A DNA stretch of 57,948 nt from an uncultured archaeon. Its GTDB lineage: Archaea; Asgardarchaeota; Thorarchaeia; Thorarchaeales; Thorarchaeaceae. The position numbers and the translations under genes were made by a program. The notes beneath the pieces are model-generated. The model saw only the letters and a program-made list of their open reading frames with translations. It made no database searches and was not told where the DNA came from. This document shows positions 29,977 through 39,020 of this stretch, one piece after another (within the stretch, counting starts at the first letter, position 1; every line of letters starts with the position of its first letter). The stretch covers positions 1 through 57,948 of the forward strand of contig CAYYQL010000015.1 of assembly GCA_964473825.1 (NCBI GenBank). Direction: 5' to 3'.

Positions 29977-32307
29977 TCAGGACACATCACCTCCTTGGGG
30001 TTCACTCTGTTTCAGAGCCATCCGCCCCTTCATAGTCAGCCTGAAGTTCTTGTACGATACTCCCGCGTGTTGTTCGTGTCCTGGGAGAATCATATTGGCT
30101 TCTTCAAGACGCATCAACACAGCCTTGACATCTACATTCTCCTCATCTTGTGCCGAGATAAACTTCGAAATTGCCTCCTCTGTAAGGGGCTCATACTGGT
30201 CCAAGAGTTCAAGCACTCTCATGTTGATACCAGCGTCATCTTCGATTTGGTCCACCAACCTCTTAGAATGGAAAGTATGAGATCCTCTCGACTTGGTGAG
30301 AGACCTGCTCCGTTCCCTCAGAGATCGTAAATCCTCTACGATGAGGTCGGGCTCTTCGAAGAGACGCATGGGTCGGCAGGTCTCAGAGCCGTTAACTATG
30401 AGCACAGTGTCATCATCCATCACTCGTAAGAACGAGCTCTCTCTAGCAGACCACCGTGCCTTGCTATGCATGCCAGTCTCAATCACCTTCAACCCAAGGA
30501 GTTCTGACACAACTGCTACGTTGTCCCCACCCTTTGTCCGCCCGGCAATAACAGTCTCAATGCTGTTGGTGATACGCGCGGGGATCTCGTTCGGGTGCTC
30601 AACTGAAAGCACCACCCCGAAACGTTGGAGTAGTTCTCGAACCAGTCGTTGGGCAAAGAGACTTCGCTTCCGGTACTTCATGTTATCAACAAGGAAATTC
30701 TCGGCGTCATCAAAGAATACAACCAGATTCTCATCTTCTAGTGTGAGAAGCTTCAGTGCCAGCAGGTCAAGTGCAAAGATGTCCAGAGGTTCCGAACCGA
30801 GTCCGACTTTTACGATGGTCAGTTCATGCTCGCCCAGAGCAGACATGGGTACGGTCTGATGTCCATAGAAGGCCCGAGCGGCGCTGCCCTCTAGGAGTGT
30901 CTGGATAGCAGCCATCCCGGCCCGTGAAGCATCATTCTGCTCCCTGTCTTCACGGCTGCTGACTGAGGGATCTCCACCCATGGGGTCATCGCTCTGAATC
31001 CGCACATCTGCAATGGTCGTATCATTGAGAGCTACAGCTCGTGAAAGCGCGCCTTCGAACATCGGAGCATTACTCAAGTCTTTTCCTGCAACAATCTCAA
31101 GAGCTGTGATGAGTCTGGGCAAGTATGTGGTACGGTCTATTCCGTCTGAGTCGACCGGGTTAAGTATCAGATCCGAACCGAGGCGTAGAATAACTCCACT
31201 GTCGCTGAGAGCGACCAGCTCATCAGCTAGGGGATTTGTGCTTACCAGAATTATCCGCTTCCCATCTCCGAGAAGGGCCTGTATCGTCAAGGCCTCTATG
31301 CGCCTGCGCAGGGCATAATCACTTCCGCAGATGATCGTCCCGGTCCGGATGTTATCGTAAGTCGGCCCTGTTCGAGGACCTAACTCCAAGGTGTCAGGAT
31401 TGAGTATTCTACCAAGATAGTATTGGTCGGGTTGTTCTCTGATAGGTGCAACAAACTGCCCTGGTACCGACTCACCTACTTCAGCTGCAAGCTCGGTCCT
31501 CATCTGGACAAGCCATTCACTTAGTTCGATTCCCAGAGCATAAAACGCATCACTACTGAGTGCCAATCGTCGCACCTCGAGCCTCTTCTTCTGAACCCAT
31601 GTCAGATCCTTCCAGTTTCGCGATGGAATCGCACCCTTGACTGAGTTACGACATCTGGCAAGCGTTGATAGCTCGCTAGATTGCAGAATTACCTGCACTG
31701 AACTCTGCCAGAGCCCCCCACGTTTCTGGAAATAACCATACAAAGCGTCGTGTTCCAGATGATCCAGATATGCTTCGTGAGCACCGGAGATCGTGTTGTC
31801 GTTTACAATGGCACGTAGCTTAGCTGGGGCCATTCGTACACTTACAAATAGTGCGGCGGATGTTGGAACGCCTCTGACGAGCCGACTCATGTCGCCACTA
31901 AGGATAGCACCTGGAGCATCTAATCTTAGTCCAGTCAAGTACACTGAGGGATTGCTGCTGGTCTTGCGAAGATATCCGAGAGAACCATTACCTGTACCAG
32001 GTCTGGAGAGATCTAGATTGCGCTCCTTAACCCTCATGAGTCCAGTCCGCTCTAACATCCTGATAGGCCTGAAATAGTAGAAGTACACAAGGAACAAGAA
32101 GAGTACTCCTGACCCTCCAATAACCCAATACGGTGCAACCATGCTTGTCACGAGTGAAGCCAAGCTGCAGAGGGCCACGACTTCCCACGGTCTACTCACG
32201 CTACGGTCTACCCACTTGATGTCTACGCTTTCTTGTACTGCGTATCTTGCACCCTTGACTTCTTCGAGGGGGTCCTTCGTAGGCTTTGAACCGAGAACAT
32301 GACTCAT
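29977..32307 (-). CDS. Membrane-anchored VirB4/HerA-like P-loop protein with a degenerate Walker A and a C-terminal winged helix
   Basis: Two N-terminal TMs; GTIICGSDYALRR at the Walker A position; ILNPVD; VVFFDDAENF (Walker B); VLSVEHPNEIPARITNSIETVIAGR resembling the HerA/VirB4 Q.P..l......n..T...fR motif; C-terminal wHTH. Confidence 0.68.
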   Translation of the reverse strand: MSHVLGSKPTKDPLEEVKGARYAVQESVDIKWVDRSVSRPWEVVALCSLASLVTSMVAPYWVIGGSGVLFLFLVYFYYFRPIRMLERTGLMRVKERNLDLSRPGTGNGSLGYLRKTSSNPSVYLTGLRLDAPGAILSGDMSRLVRGVPTSAALFVSVRMAPAKLRAIVNDNTISGAHEAYLDHLEHDALYGYFQKRGGLWQSSVQVILQSSELSTLARCRNSVKGAIPSRNWKDLTWVQKKRLEVRRLALSSDAFYALGIELSEWLVQMRTELAAEVGESVPGQFVAPIREQPDQYYLGRILNPDTLELGPRTGPTYDNIRTGTIICGSDYALRRRIEALTIQALLGDGKRIILVSTNPLADELVALSDSGVILRLGSDLILNPVDSDGIDRTTYLPRLITALEIVAGKDLSNAPMFEGALSRAVALNDTTIADVRIQSDDPMGGDPSVSSREDREQNDASRAGMAAIQTLLEGSAARAFYGHQTVPMSALGEHELTIVKVGLGSEPLDIFALDLLALKLLTLEDENLVVFFDDAENFLVDNMKYRKRSLFAQRLVRELLQRFGVVLSVEHPNEIPARITNSIETVIAGRTKGGDNVAVVSELLGLKVIETGMHSKARWSARESSFLRVMDDDTVLIVNGSETCRPMRLFEEPDLIVEDLRSLRERSRSLTKSRGSHTFHSKRLVDQIEDDAGINMRVLELLDQYEPLTEEAISKFISAQDEENVDVKAVLMRLEEANMILPGHEQHAGVSYKNFRLTMKGRMALKQSEPQGGDVS

Positions 32308-32591
32308 GGCGACACACCACGCTTAGTGTGCATTCGCTCCGCTGATAGTGAGCTCATAGCACGAAGAAGTCCTCTCACTCGTTCAATGGTGCGGGTTTCG
32401 TCCTGTTGGATGAGAACGCGGTCATGCATCAGAGCCACAGGCGGGTAGATCTTGGAATGTCCCACTGCATTGAGTGGGTCATTCAGCAACACAGTCCATG
32501 AATAGGACAGCCCTTTCATGGCGTCCATCACATCTCCCGAATTGACTCCAGCAGGAATCTCAATGGTCTCAAACTGCTTCAATCTCTTCAA
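32304..32591 (-). CDS. Small hypothetical protein (95 aa), operon member
   Basis: Overlaps the upstream gene by 23 nt and is ATGA-coupled to the downstream gene. Confidence 0.65.
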   Translation of the reverse strand: MKRLKQFETIEIPAGVNSGDVMDAMKGLSYSWTVLLNDPLNAVGHSKIYPPVALMHDRVLIQQDETRTIERVRGLLRAMSSLSAERMHTKRGVSP

Positions 32592-33162
32592 TGCCTCCTG
32601 AATCCGCTAGAACGGAGTCGGCCAAGTTACCCATGGCAATAGCAACATGAGGGTAAGCTGCATTCATGGCAGCACGCAGGATATGAGCATCTTCGATTAC
32701 CCGGTCCCTCAATCGCTCGAAGGTGTCAATAAACGGAATGCGAAGTCCCTGTCGAATCACTTTGAAACCAAGTCGAGTCCGCGAGTTTCCCAACGGCCGC
32801 GCGAGGATGAATGTGACCTCTCCCCCTCTCGAATGATGATAATGATCATGCATTGCCAGTAAAACACGCTTGGCTGAGTGAGACAGGGTGATTCCGATTG
32901 GAATCCTATCAAACAGAACCAGACTTGATACTTCCACCGTAAAGGGTCGCGTATCCACAAGTACGTTGTTCTCCCCATCCCAGTATCGTGAATGGTTGGG
33001 TGAATGCAACAGCAGAACGATGCCTATCACTACGATACCCAATCCACTGAGTGACAGAAGCACTGAGTGCAACGATTTATCGAAGGCCAAACGCAACACC
33101 CAGCCTAAGGCCAGTGCAATGGGTATACCGATAGTAGCCAACCAGCTTAGTTGCTCTCTCAA
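32569..33162 (-). CDS. Two-TM membrane protein with an alpha/beta soluble domain
   Basis: Two N-terminal hydrophobic helices; TTGA overlap with the XPD stop. Confidence 0.72.
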   Translation of the reverse strand: MREQLSWLATIGIPIALALGWVLRLAFDKSLHSVLLSLSGLGIVVIGIVLLLHSPNHSRYWDGENNVLVDTRPFTVEVSSLVLFDRIPIGITLSHSAKRVLLAMHDHYHHSRGGEVTFILARPLGNSRTRLGFKVIRQGLRIPFIDTFERLRDRVIEDAHILRAAMNAAYPHVAIAMGNLADSVLADSGGIEEIEAV

Positions 33163-35111
33163 GTAGCATTCCTCCAGAACATCTCGATTGCCTCGATAAG
33201 CTCGTCCTCAGTGGAATAGGGCCAAGTATCAGCAGCTGCACGGGAGCCCAGCATGGTAACATGCCGCAGGAACCTGTTGTCAAGCAATACCACCACACCA
33301 CGGTCTGCAGGAGAACGCCTCAGACGCCCCACTAGTTGAACCACCCTTCGAAGGGCGGGCATCACCGCTGCGTAATAGTAACCTCGACCCTCTCCGAGTC
33401 GTCGGTCGTACCATGATTGTAACGCAAGCTGATACGAAGTGGGCGGGGCGAACGGAATTCCAACACCAACAACAAGGTCCAAGAGACTCGCACCCCTATC
33501 TACTAGGTCGACTCCTTCCGAGAACTTGCCACCATAGACAGAGTACAGCACAGAAGGCTCTTCCAGAAGCATCTCCCGTATATCGTCAACTCGTGCATTG
33601 CGCTCTTCCACTACTCGCCTGCGAAAACCGTCCTCAACGCCATAGCTCAGGACATCATTCATGATGGCATAGCTAGAGAAAGCAACAACCGCACTCTTGT
33701 TTGCAGGACTATGCGTGAGCACCAGTGAGAGATTCTGAGCAAGAGCCCCATACAGCGAGGCAGAACGATTCTTGTAGGCGGTATTCAGCTTCTTGTCTAT
33801 CAGTACGAGTCGCGAGCCGACCGGATAGGGACTGGCTATGTCACAAACTTCAGCGTCCCGTACGCCAAGGATTGTTGCATAGTGGCTGGTTGGCCGAAGC
33901 GTACCACTCATCAGGACAGCAGACCGCGTACTGTGTACGAGATAGGAGCATAATCCTGCAGTATTCAGGGGGCGGATACAGAGCCTCGTATGGGAAAGGC
34001 GAGGATTCTCGTCCCACGTTCTGCCAGTCTCAAAGGTGATGTGCCAGTCATCCTGGTCACTCGACTCCGAAGCTAAGGTCGCCGCGTACAAGAAATCCAA
34101 GAGGCGGTCAGCAGGTGTTTCGGCCCCGATTACATCATCGCCTCTCTGCACATATCCAGTCTTGGTAAGCAGCAACGATATGTCGGCCTCAACTGCAAAC
34201 CTCGGAAGTACCTCCCAGATGTTGAGCTCTCGTTCGCCGCCATTATGCAGCCGACCTGTGTTCAAGGTGAATGTGTCCCAAAGGAATTCTATGACATCTT
34301 CTAACCATTCGTAGCCGGTCTCTCGCGAGAGGTCTTTTTTATGCTCCCTCAACCACTGGATATCTTGCCCGCTGATTGACGCCGACTCAGATTCAGCCAT
34401 CTGTTCGGGAAGGTTATGGGCCTCATCTACTAACAGGTCAATCTCATCGATTGAGAGATCCAATGATGAGAGGAATGCCTGTTGCACACGACTCTTCAAC
34501 AAGTAGGCGTAGGGTCCTATGATCACTTGGCTTCTCTTCGCACACCACCGCAGGAGTTCGTAGGGGCATATCCCCCAATCCCTCGAAACGGCCTCTGCTG
34601 TGCTGCGGTCAACAACTGACTGTGCGACTGCTTCCTCTATTGCAGCACGGGCGTTCTCCCGCACTTGGCCTCTATCACCTCGTGCATCGTAGAAACTATG
34701 ATAGTATGGGCACTTCCCAGTCCTGACAAGATATGCACAACCCCGAATAAAGCCGAAATCGCTCATCTTGTTAATCTCTCCGACATTGGGGCAGACATGA
34801 ACTCTACTTACCATGCTTGTGGCGATGATCGGGAATCGGTCAGCAAGGGTAAGACACTCTTCCTCAAACACGCTCGATTGACTATGAGTCCGGGTGAGCA
34901 CAACTAGTCGAGTCTTCTCATGGTTCGACCTTGCCCCCACAAAGGCACTGAGAACTGCTATTGTCTTTCCCACTCCGCAGTCTGCGGAGAGTAACCCTAT
35001 CTTACCACTCCTGAAAATGTCTGCAGCGTACTCTATGGCGGTCTCCTGCCCATCCCGTAATCTGTACGGAAACACATCGTGGACCGGGTCGAGGTACGTT
35101 CCTGAACTCAT
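33159..35111 (-). CDS. XPD/Rad3/DinG-family Fe-S SF2 helicase
   Basis: RDGQ Q-motif, ADCGVGKT, TRTHSQ, four Fe-S Cys (VCP, GC, KCPY, ICPY), DEAH, SGT, EGVD, QLVGRLRR, LDNRF. Confidence 0.93.
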   Translation of the reverse strand: MSSGTYLDPVHDVFPYRLRDGQETAIEYAADIFRSGKIGLLSADCGVGKTIAVLSAFVGARSNHEKTRLVVLTRTHSQSSVFEEECLTLADRFPIIATSMVSRVHVCPNVGEINKMSDFGFIRGCAYLVRTGKCPYYHSFYDARGDRGQVRENARAAIEEAVAQSVVDRSTAEAVSRDWGICPYELLRWCAKRSQVIIGPYAYLLKSRVQQAFLSSLDLSIDEIDLLVDEAHNLPEQMAESESASISGQDIQWLREHKKDLSRETGYEWLEDVIEFLWDTFTLNTGRLHNGGERELNIWEVLPRFAVEADISLLLTKTGYVQRGDDVIGAETPADRLLDFLYAATLASESSDQDDWHITFETGRTWDENPRLSHTRLCIRPLNTAGLCSYLVHSTRSAVLMSGTLRPTSHYATILGVRDAEVCDIASPYPVGSRLVLIDKKLNTAYKNRSASLYGALAQNLSLVLTHSPANKSAVVAFSSYAIMNDVLSYGVEDGFRRRVVEERNARVDDIREMLLEEPSVLYSVYGGKFSEGVDLVDRGASLLDLVVGVGIPFAPPTSYQLALQSWYDRRLGEGRGYYYAAVMPALRRVVQLVGRLRRSPADRGVVVLLDNRFLRHVTMLGSRAAADTWPYSTEDELIEAIEMFWRNAT

Positions 35112-35112
35112 C

Positions 35113-35703
35113 TTATCGCTCCCACCTGAGCTTTGACTCGGATTTCTGAACCATGAACTTCACGGAGAAGTATGCATGCAGCAACTCCTCGAATTGCTTC
35201 AGCTGAAATGGAGAAGTAAAGCCCTGTTCCTTGCGGCCCATTCGTTCGACGATGCGTCGGCTGAACCCCCGTTGTCTTGCGGCCTTCCAGAAGTAAGCGA
35301 CCACTTCATCCACAGTCTCATAGAAAAACTGGGCAGTGTCCTGCATGAGCCTCACCAGAAAACTAATGCTCCTGCCCCGGTCTTCCGGAATATCCGAGAG
35401 GCGAACACCTGTGGGGATATGAACCATGACGCCCTCCAGTGACTCCAAGTTTACCTCTGTGGGCACTGCGTTAGAACCACGAGCACTCTCGATGATAGCA
35501 AGAAGTCTGGGAAGATAAGGCAGTATCGGGGATTCGAAATCTTCAGAGCGCCAGGTCACCCGAGTAATGAGATAAATCTCAGGGTCGAGTTCTACATATC
35601 CTGGAAGCCTGATCAGCGCAAGTCGTTCCTTACCATTGCGGCGTGAGAAGTTCACGAGGCGGATTAGGTTCTGTGCAGGAGAAGTATCTGAAACAGCTGT
35701 CAT
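35113..35703 (-). CDS. Hypothetical protein (~196 aa), operon member
   Basis: Track ORF 35113-35772; ATG at 35703 forms an ATGA overlap with the upstream stop. Confidence 0.72.
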   Translation of the reverse strand: MTAVSDTSPAQNLIRLVNFSRRNGKERLALIRLPGYVELDPEIYLITRVTWRSEDFESPILPYLPRLLAIIESARGSNAVPTEVNLESLEGVMVHIPTGVRLSDIPEDRGRSISFLVRLMQDTAQFFYETVDEVVAYFWKAARQRGFSRRIVERMGRKEQGFTSPFQLKQFEELLHAYFSVKFMVQKSESKLRWER

Positions 35704-36104
35704 AGCAAAGTGACCTCCTTTCCTACCAGACGAATCCGTTCTATGGCCTCTAACCGATTCAGGAAATGCCAAGCGCGTTCTGTGGAAATATCTGCATCAC
35801 TGCACTCGTTGAGCACGTCTGAAACTTGTACGGGTCGGCCCCGATTTCCATCGACCAGACATTCAACGATGTCCAACACACGTGCCTGCACACCTCGCCC
35901 GCGACTGATGCTTCGGGTTGGGCGCACTCTCTCTTGTGACATCGATGCCATGATGACCCTCGCCTGCTCTATGGTGTCTACTGACTGGTAATTCCCTATT
36001 TCTTGACCACAGACACTACAAGTCAGAGTGTCACTAACGTCTTCGATTTTCTGAAACCCAAGCTGGTGACAGCCGTCACAGCGATACATGTAGAAGACCG
36101 TCAC
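35700..36104 (-). CDS. Zinc-ribbon plus C-terminal winged-helix protein
   Basis: CDGC...CSVC, then VLDIVECL...PVQVSDVLNECSDADISTERAWHFLNRLEAIERI (wHTH pattern). Coupled on both sides. Confidence 0.78.
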   Translation of the reverse strand: MTVFYMYRCDGCHQLGFQKIEDVSDTLTCSVCGQEIGNYQSVDTIEQARVIMASMSQERVRPTRSISRGRGVQARVLDIVECLVDGNRGRPVQVSDVLNECSDADISTERAWHFLNRLEAIERIRLVGKEVTLL

Positions 36105-37159
36105 TCCTTCCCGTCCTCCTGCCCTCCGTCCTCCACCACTGTTCCGTCAGGCATCAGACGAGCATTCCAGCCCTGCTTCTTGATGAACTTGTCAATCTTC
36201 TTCTTCGCGGCCGTCTTCATATCTTTGTCCTCATAGAAGCCACCCCAGCCAAGCTCAACCTTGGCCTCGAACTCAGGAATTCCAGCATTGTCCTTGAGCT
36301 GAATTCTCCGTTCGGTACCCTTTGCTGGTCTTGTGTAGAAACGATAGTCACAGCCATGGGCCAGAATGTGCCCGCCAATGGGAGCAGTGCCGCTGTAGTA
36401 GGAGCCAATGTTTGTTAGTACCTGATTTGTATAGAGGAAGATTGTTCCGGTTGCTACACCGGTACGGCGCATCGAGTTCAGAAGGGAGTTCATGTCCTTC
36501 TGTCGCACACTGAGGTTGTTCAGGGCAGTGTATTCTGCTCTGAACAGACCACTGAAGGAGTCGATAACCACAAGCTTGTAGTTCTCCTCCGCACAGAGTC
36601 GGGGTATAGTTTCGAAGGTGTCAATAATCTGACTTGAGAGGATCATCTGCGATATCCCTATGTTCCCTAAGACCACCTCAGGGTCAAGACCGAATCGGAT
36701 GGCTGTGGCACGAATCACCCATGGCTTGAAACTGCTCTCACTGTCCATCCACAAGACTCTCCCACCTAGTCCACCCTCGTCCACTGGGAGCTGTGCTCTC
36801 ACTGCCAAGTGGCAAGACCACTGTGTCTTTCCGCCCCGAGCAGCACCATAAATCTCCACAATGGAGGATTCCTCGATGCCACCAAGGAGCTGATCATCGA
36901 TGTCGGGAATGCCGAAGGTGAGACGATTCTTTGCGGCCATCTTCTTCTCAAACTCAAGGCCACTCTGGAACCCGTGCATGCCGATCATCTGGCGGGCGTT
37001 CCGTACAATTTTCGCAGCGGTTCCCTCGCCTAATTTCGTCTTCTCCTGCAGTTCGACAGGGTTCTGTACAGCCAGTAGTTCAGCTGTGGTCACAAATATT
37101 CCATTCAGTTTTTTTGCTGTTCCAGGGCCTACGCCCGGGACTGCCTCTAATTCTGTCAT
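36101..37159 (-). CDS. RadA/Rad51-like recombinase paralog with N-terminal HhH domain
   Basis: LEAVPGVGPGTAKKL, IDDQLLGGIE, EIYGAARGGKTQ, WMDSESSFKP, LVVIDS, FRAEY, TNQV, PIGGHILAH. Confidence 0.92.
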   Translation of the reverse strand: MTELEAVPGVGPGTAKKLNGIFVTTAELLAVQNPVELQEKTKLGEGTAAKIVRNARQMIGMHGFQSGLEFEKKMAAKNRLTFGIPDIDDQLLGGIEESSIVEIYGAARGGKTQWSCHLAVRAQLPVDEGGLGGRVLWMDSESSFKPWVIRATAIRFGLDPEVVLGNIGISQMILSSQIIDTFETIPRLCAEENYKLVVIDSFSGLFRAEYTALNNLSVRQKDMNSLLNSMRRTGVATGTIFLYTNQVLTNIGSYYSGTAPIGGHILAHGCDYRFYTRPAKGTERRIQLKDNAGIPEFEAKVELGWGGFYEDKDMKTAAKKKIDKFIKKQGWNARLMPDGTVVEDGGQEDGKE

Positions 37160-38154
37160 GTTGATTCCTCCATAATCAGTCGTAGACTCTCGGAGGACTC
37201 GTAGACGGTCCTCCAGAGTTCAATGTCTCTTGCTTCATCCGATTCGTCGTAGAATCCCCCGTAGCCCATGTACGCCGATACGTCGCGTATCGAGTCGTTC
37301 CCCACTCCTCCCTTCTTGACAGTGATGCGGTACTCGTTACGCCTCCTCTTTCGCATGCTCAGCACGGTAGTGGATAGAGAGTTGACAACGAACTCGGCAT
37401 CCGGCTCGTATTGATCGTGGCAGTACAAACCCCCGATGCTCTCATGGACGCCATTCGTGAATACAACACAGAGATCGTGGGCCAACGCTATTTCGAGGAG
37501 GCGGCGAAGAAAGCGACCAAGGTCACGCTTCGCAGCCAGACTGTAAGTGAGCCCGAGGTACTCCGTCTGGAATATGCTGGACAGCGAGTCTATGACCAGG
37601 AGTGCGTACTCTCGCTCGCTATCAGAGAGGAGGGAGTACATCTGCTGGACAATCTCTTCAAGATCGAACTGTGTGATGGCCAAAGCGTGGTCGATCATGT
37701 CCAGAACTGAGTCAGGATTCCATCCGCATCTTGTGGCAATGGTTCTCGTAAGATAGGGCTTGAATGTGGCCCCGCTGTCTATCCAGAGGACTCGTCCATG
37801 GGCACTTGCCCGCACCGCCAGCTGACAACACAGCGTTGTCTTCCCAGATGACGATTTCCCATGGATATGCGTCACCGTCCCCGTACGAACCCCTCCCACT
37901 AGGACCTTGTCAAGACCCCTAACAGCAGTTCGAATGTGACGACCTGAATCAAATTCTTGAGAAGGCATTAGCTCAGATGGGAAGATGAGCCTACGAGCAT
38001 GCCGCTGAAGCTCCTCAAACCTCTCAGATCCAAGCTCATCTAAGACAGGGAGTGTTTCGATCATGGCAAGATGCTCCGCGCTATGTATTCCAGCATTCTT
38101 GAGGCGCTTGGCCGTGGCCGGCCCGATATCTCTGACCTTCTCAAGTGCCGTCAC
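37156..38154 (-). CDS. Second RadA/Rad51-like paralog with N-terminal HhH domain
   Basis: Track ORF 37156-38268; GTG at 38154 (GTGA overlap) preferred. LEKVRDIGPATAKRLKNAGI, LDKVLVGGV, HGKSSSGKT, WIDSGATFKP, LLVIDSL, FTNGV. Confidence 0.88.
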   Translation of the reverse strand: MTALEKVRDIGPATAKRLKNAGIHSAEHLAMIETLPVLDELGSERFEELQRHARRLIFPSELMPSQEFDSGRHIRTAVRGLDKVLVGGVRTGTVTHIHGKSSSGKTTLCCQLAVRASAHGRVLWIDSGATFKPYLTRTIATRCGWNPDSVLDMIDHALAITQFDLEEIVQQMYSLLSDSEREYALLVIDSLSSIFQTEYLGLTYSLAAKRDLGRFLRRLLEIALAHDLCVVFTNGVHESIGGLYCHDQYEPDAEFVVNSLSTTVLSMRKRRRNEYRITVKKGGVGNDSIRDVSAYMGYGGFYDESDEARDIELWRTVYESSESLRLIMEEST

Positions 38155-38816
38155 GCCGTGACACCCCCTGCGGTCTGATGCGCCTGGTATGCCTGTTCTG
38201 TGTGCAGGAAATTGACCACTGAAGATAGCAGGGGGTCTCGAAGACGCTCCCGACTGAAAGCAGAACATAGCATAGTATCAGCAGTCTTCACTAGAATCCG
38301 TAGTGCAGTAGACCGATGTGTATTCGTCGACCAACCGTCTGATCCCGAGATCAAGCCCGAGGCAGAGGAGAGAAAAGACATCCATCGCCTGCGCGTGACT
38401 TCGGGAAGCAAGTCCTCTGACTCCTTCAAGAGGCAGTCGTAGAATAGCTCACAATGGCGGTCCCACATGGCAAGAACCTGTGATGCAGTGCGCAAGGTGT
38501 GTATGGGGCTTCTATCATCAAAGCTCATGTAGACCTTAGTGGTGTCGTTTCGCACGATTGCTCCACCCTGTATTCCTGGTTGAGTTATGGCAACAAGAGC
38601 AGGTACTAGTGCAGGTACATCACAAAGGAAGAAGCGCCGCGGCTGTTGAACGAACGGGCTGAGAATAGTGCTCCGCAACCCCCAGAGCATAGTAAGAAAG
38701 GACCTGTGGCTCAGTGAACTCACGAGTACTCTGTCTGCGGTATTGAACCTGCTTATGGACTTCCGCAGGTCAACAGTCTGACTCGAGCACATCTCTGGAA
38801 GAAGACTAAGTAACAT
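38151..38816 (-). CDS. Hypothetical protein, first gene of the recombination operon
   Basis: 221-aa ORF with ATG preceded by AGGTGA; coupled to the next gene by GTGA. Confidence 0.68.
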   Translation of the reverse strand: MLLSLLPEMCSSQTVDLRKSISRFNTADRVLVSSLSHRSFLTMLWGLRSTILSPFVQQPRRFFLCDVPALVPALVAITQPGIQGGAIVRNDTTKVYMSFDDRSPIHTLRTASQVLAMWDRHCELFYDCLLKESEDLLPEVTRRRWMSFLSSASGLISGSDGWSTNTHRSTALRILVKTADTMLCSAFSRERLRDPLLSSVVNFLHTEQAYQAHQTAGGVTA

Positions 38817-38898
38817 CCATTTTCACCTATGGAGATATTCTAACCAGAGAAGTATTCAGTCTTCGCTAGCATGTCGATACGGATTATGCTTTCCGTAT

Positions 38899-39020
38899 AG
38901 GTATCTTTAGGCCGTTCATAATGCCTCCTTATTACTATTATATCATCATAAGCGTTTTTCGTAGTTTCGGGGGCAGCATAATACCTATCCATTCTCCTCT
39001 TTGGACAGATGTATACAAAC
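38899..39020 (+). promoter_or_regulatory. Conserved intergenic module copy B
   Basis: AGGTATCTTTAGGC; CATAA at 38917, 38947 and 38977; ATTACTATTATATCATCATA (38931-38950); TTGGACAGATGTATACAAAC (39001-39020). Confidence 0.7.

Noticed and set aside
33159-35111. CRISPR type IV CasDinG or defence-system helicase
   Set aside because: No cas genes or array nearby, and the motifs and Fe-S cysteines fit archaeal XPD/Rad3. A defence role for the operon is not excluded but has no direct support.
36101-38154. Naming these genes radA or dmc1
   Set aside because: Walker A and polymerisation motifs differ from orthodox RadA; orthology needs a phylogeny.
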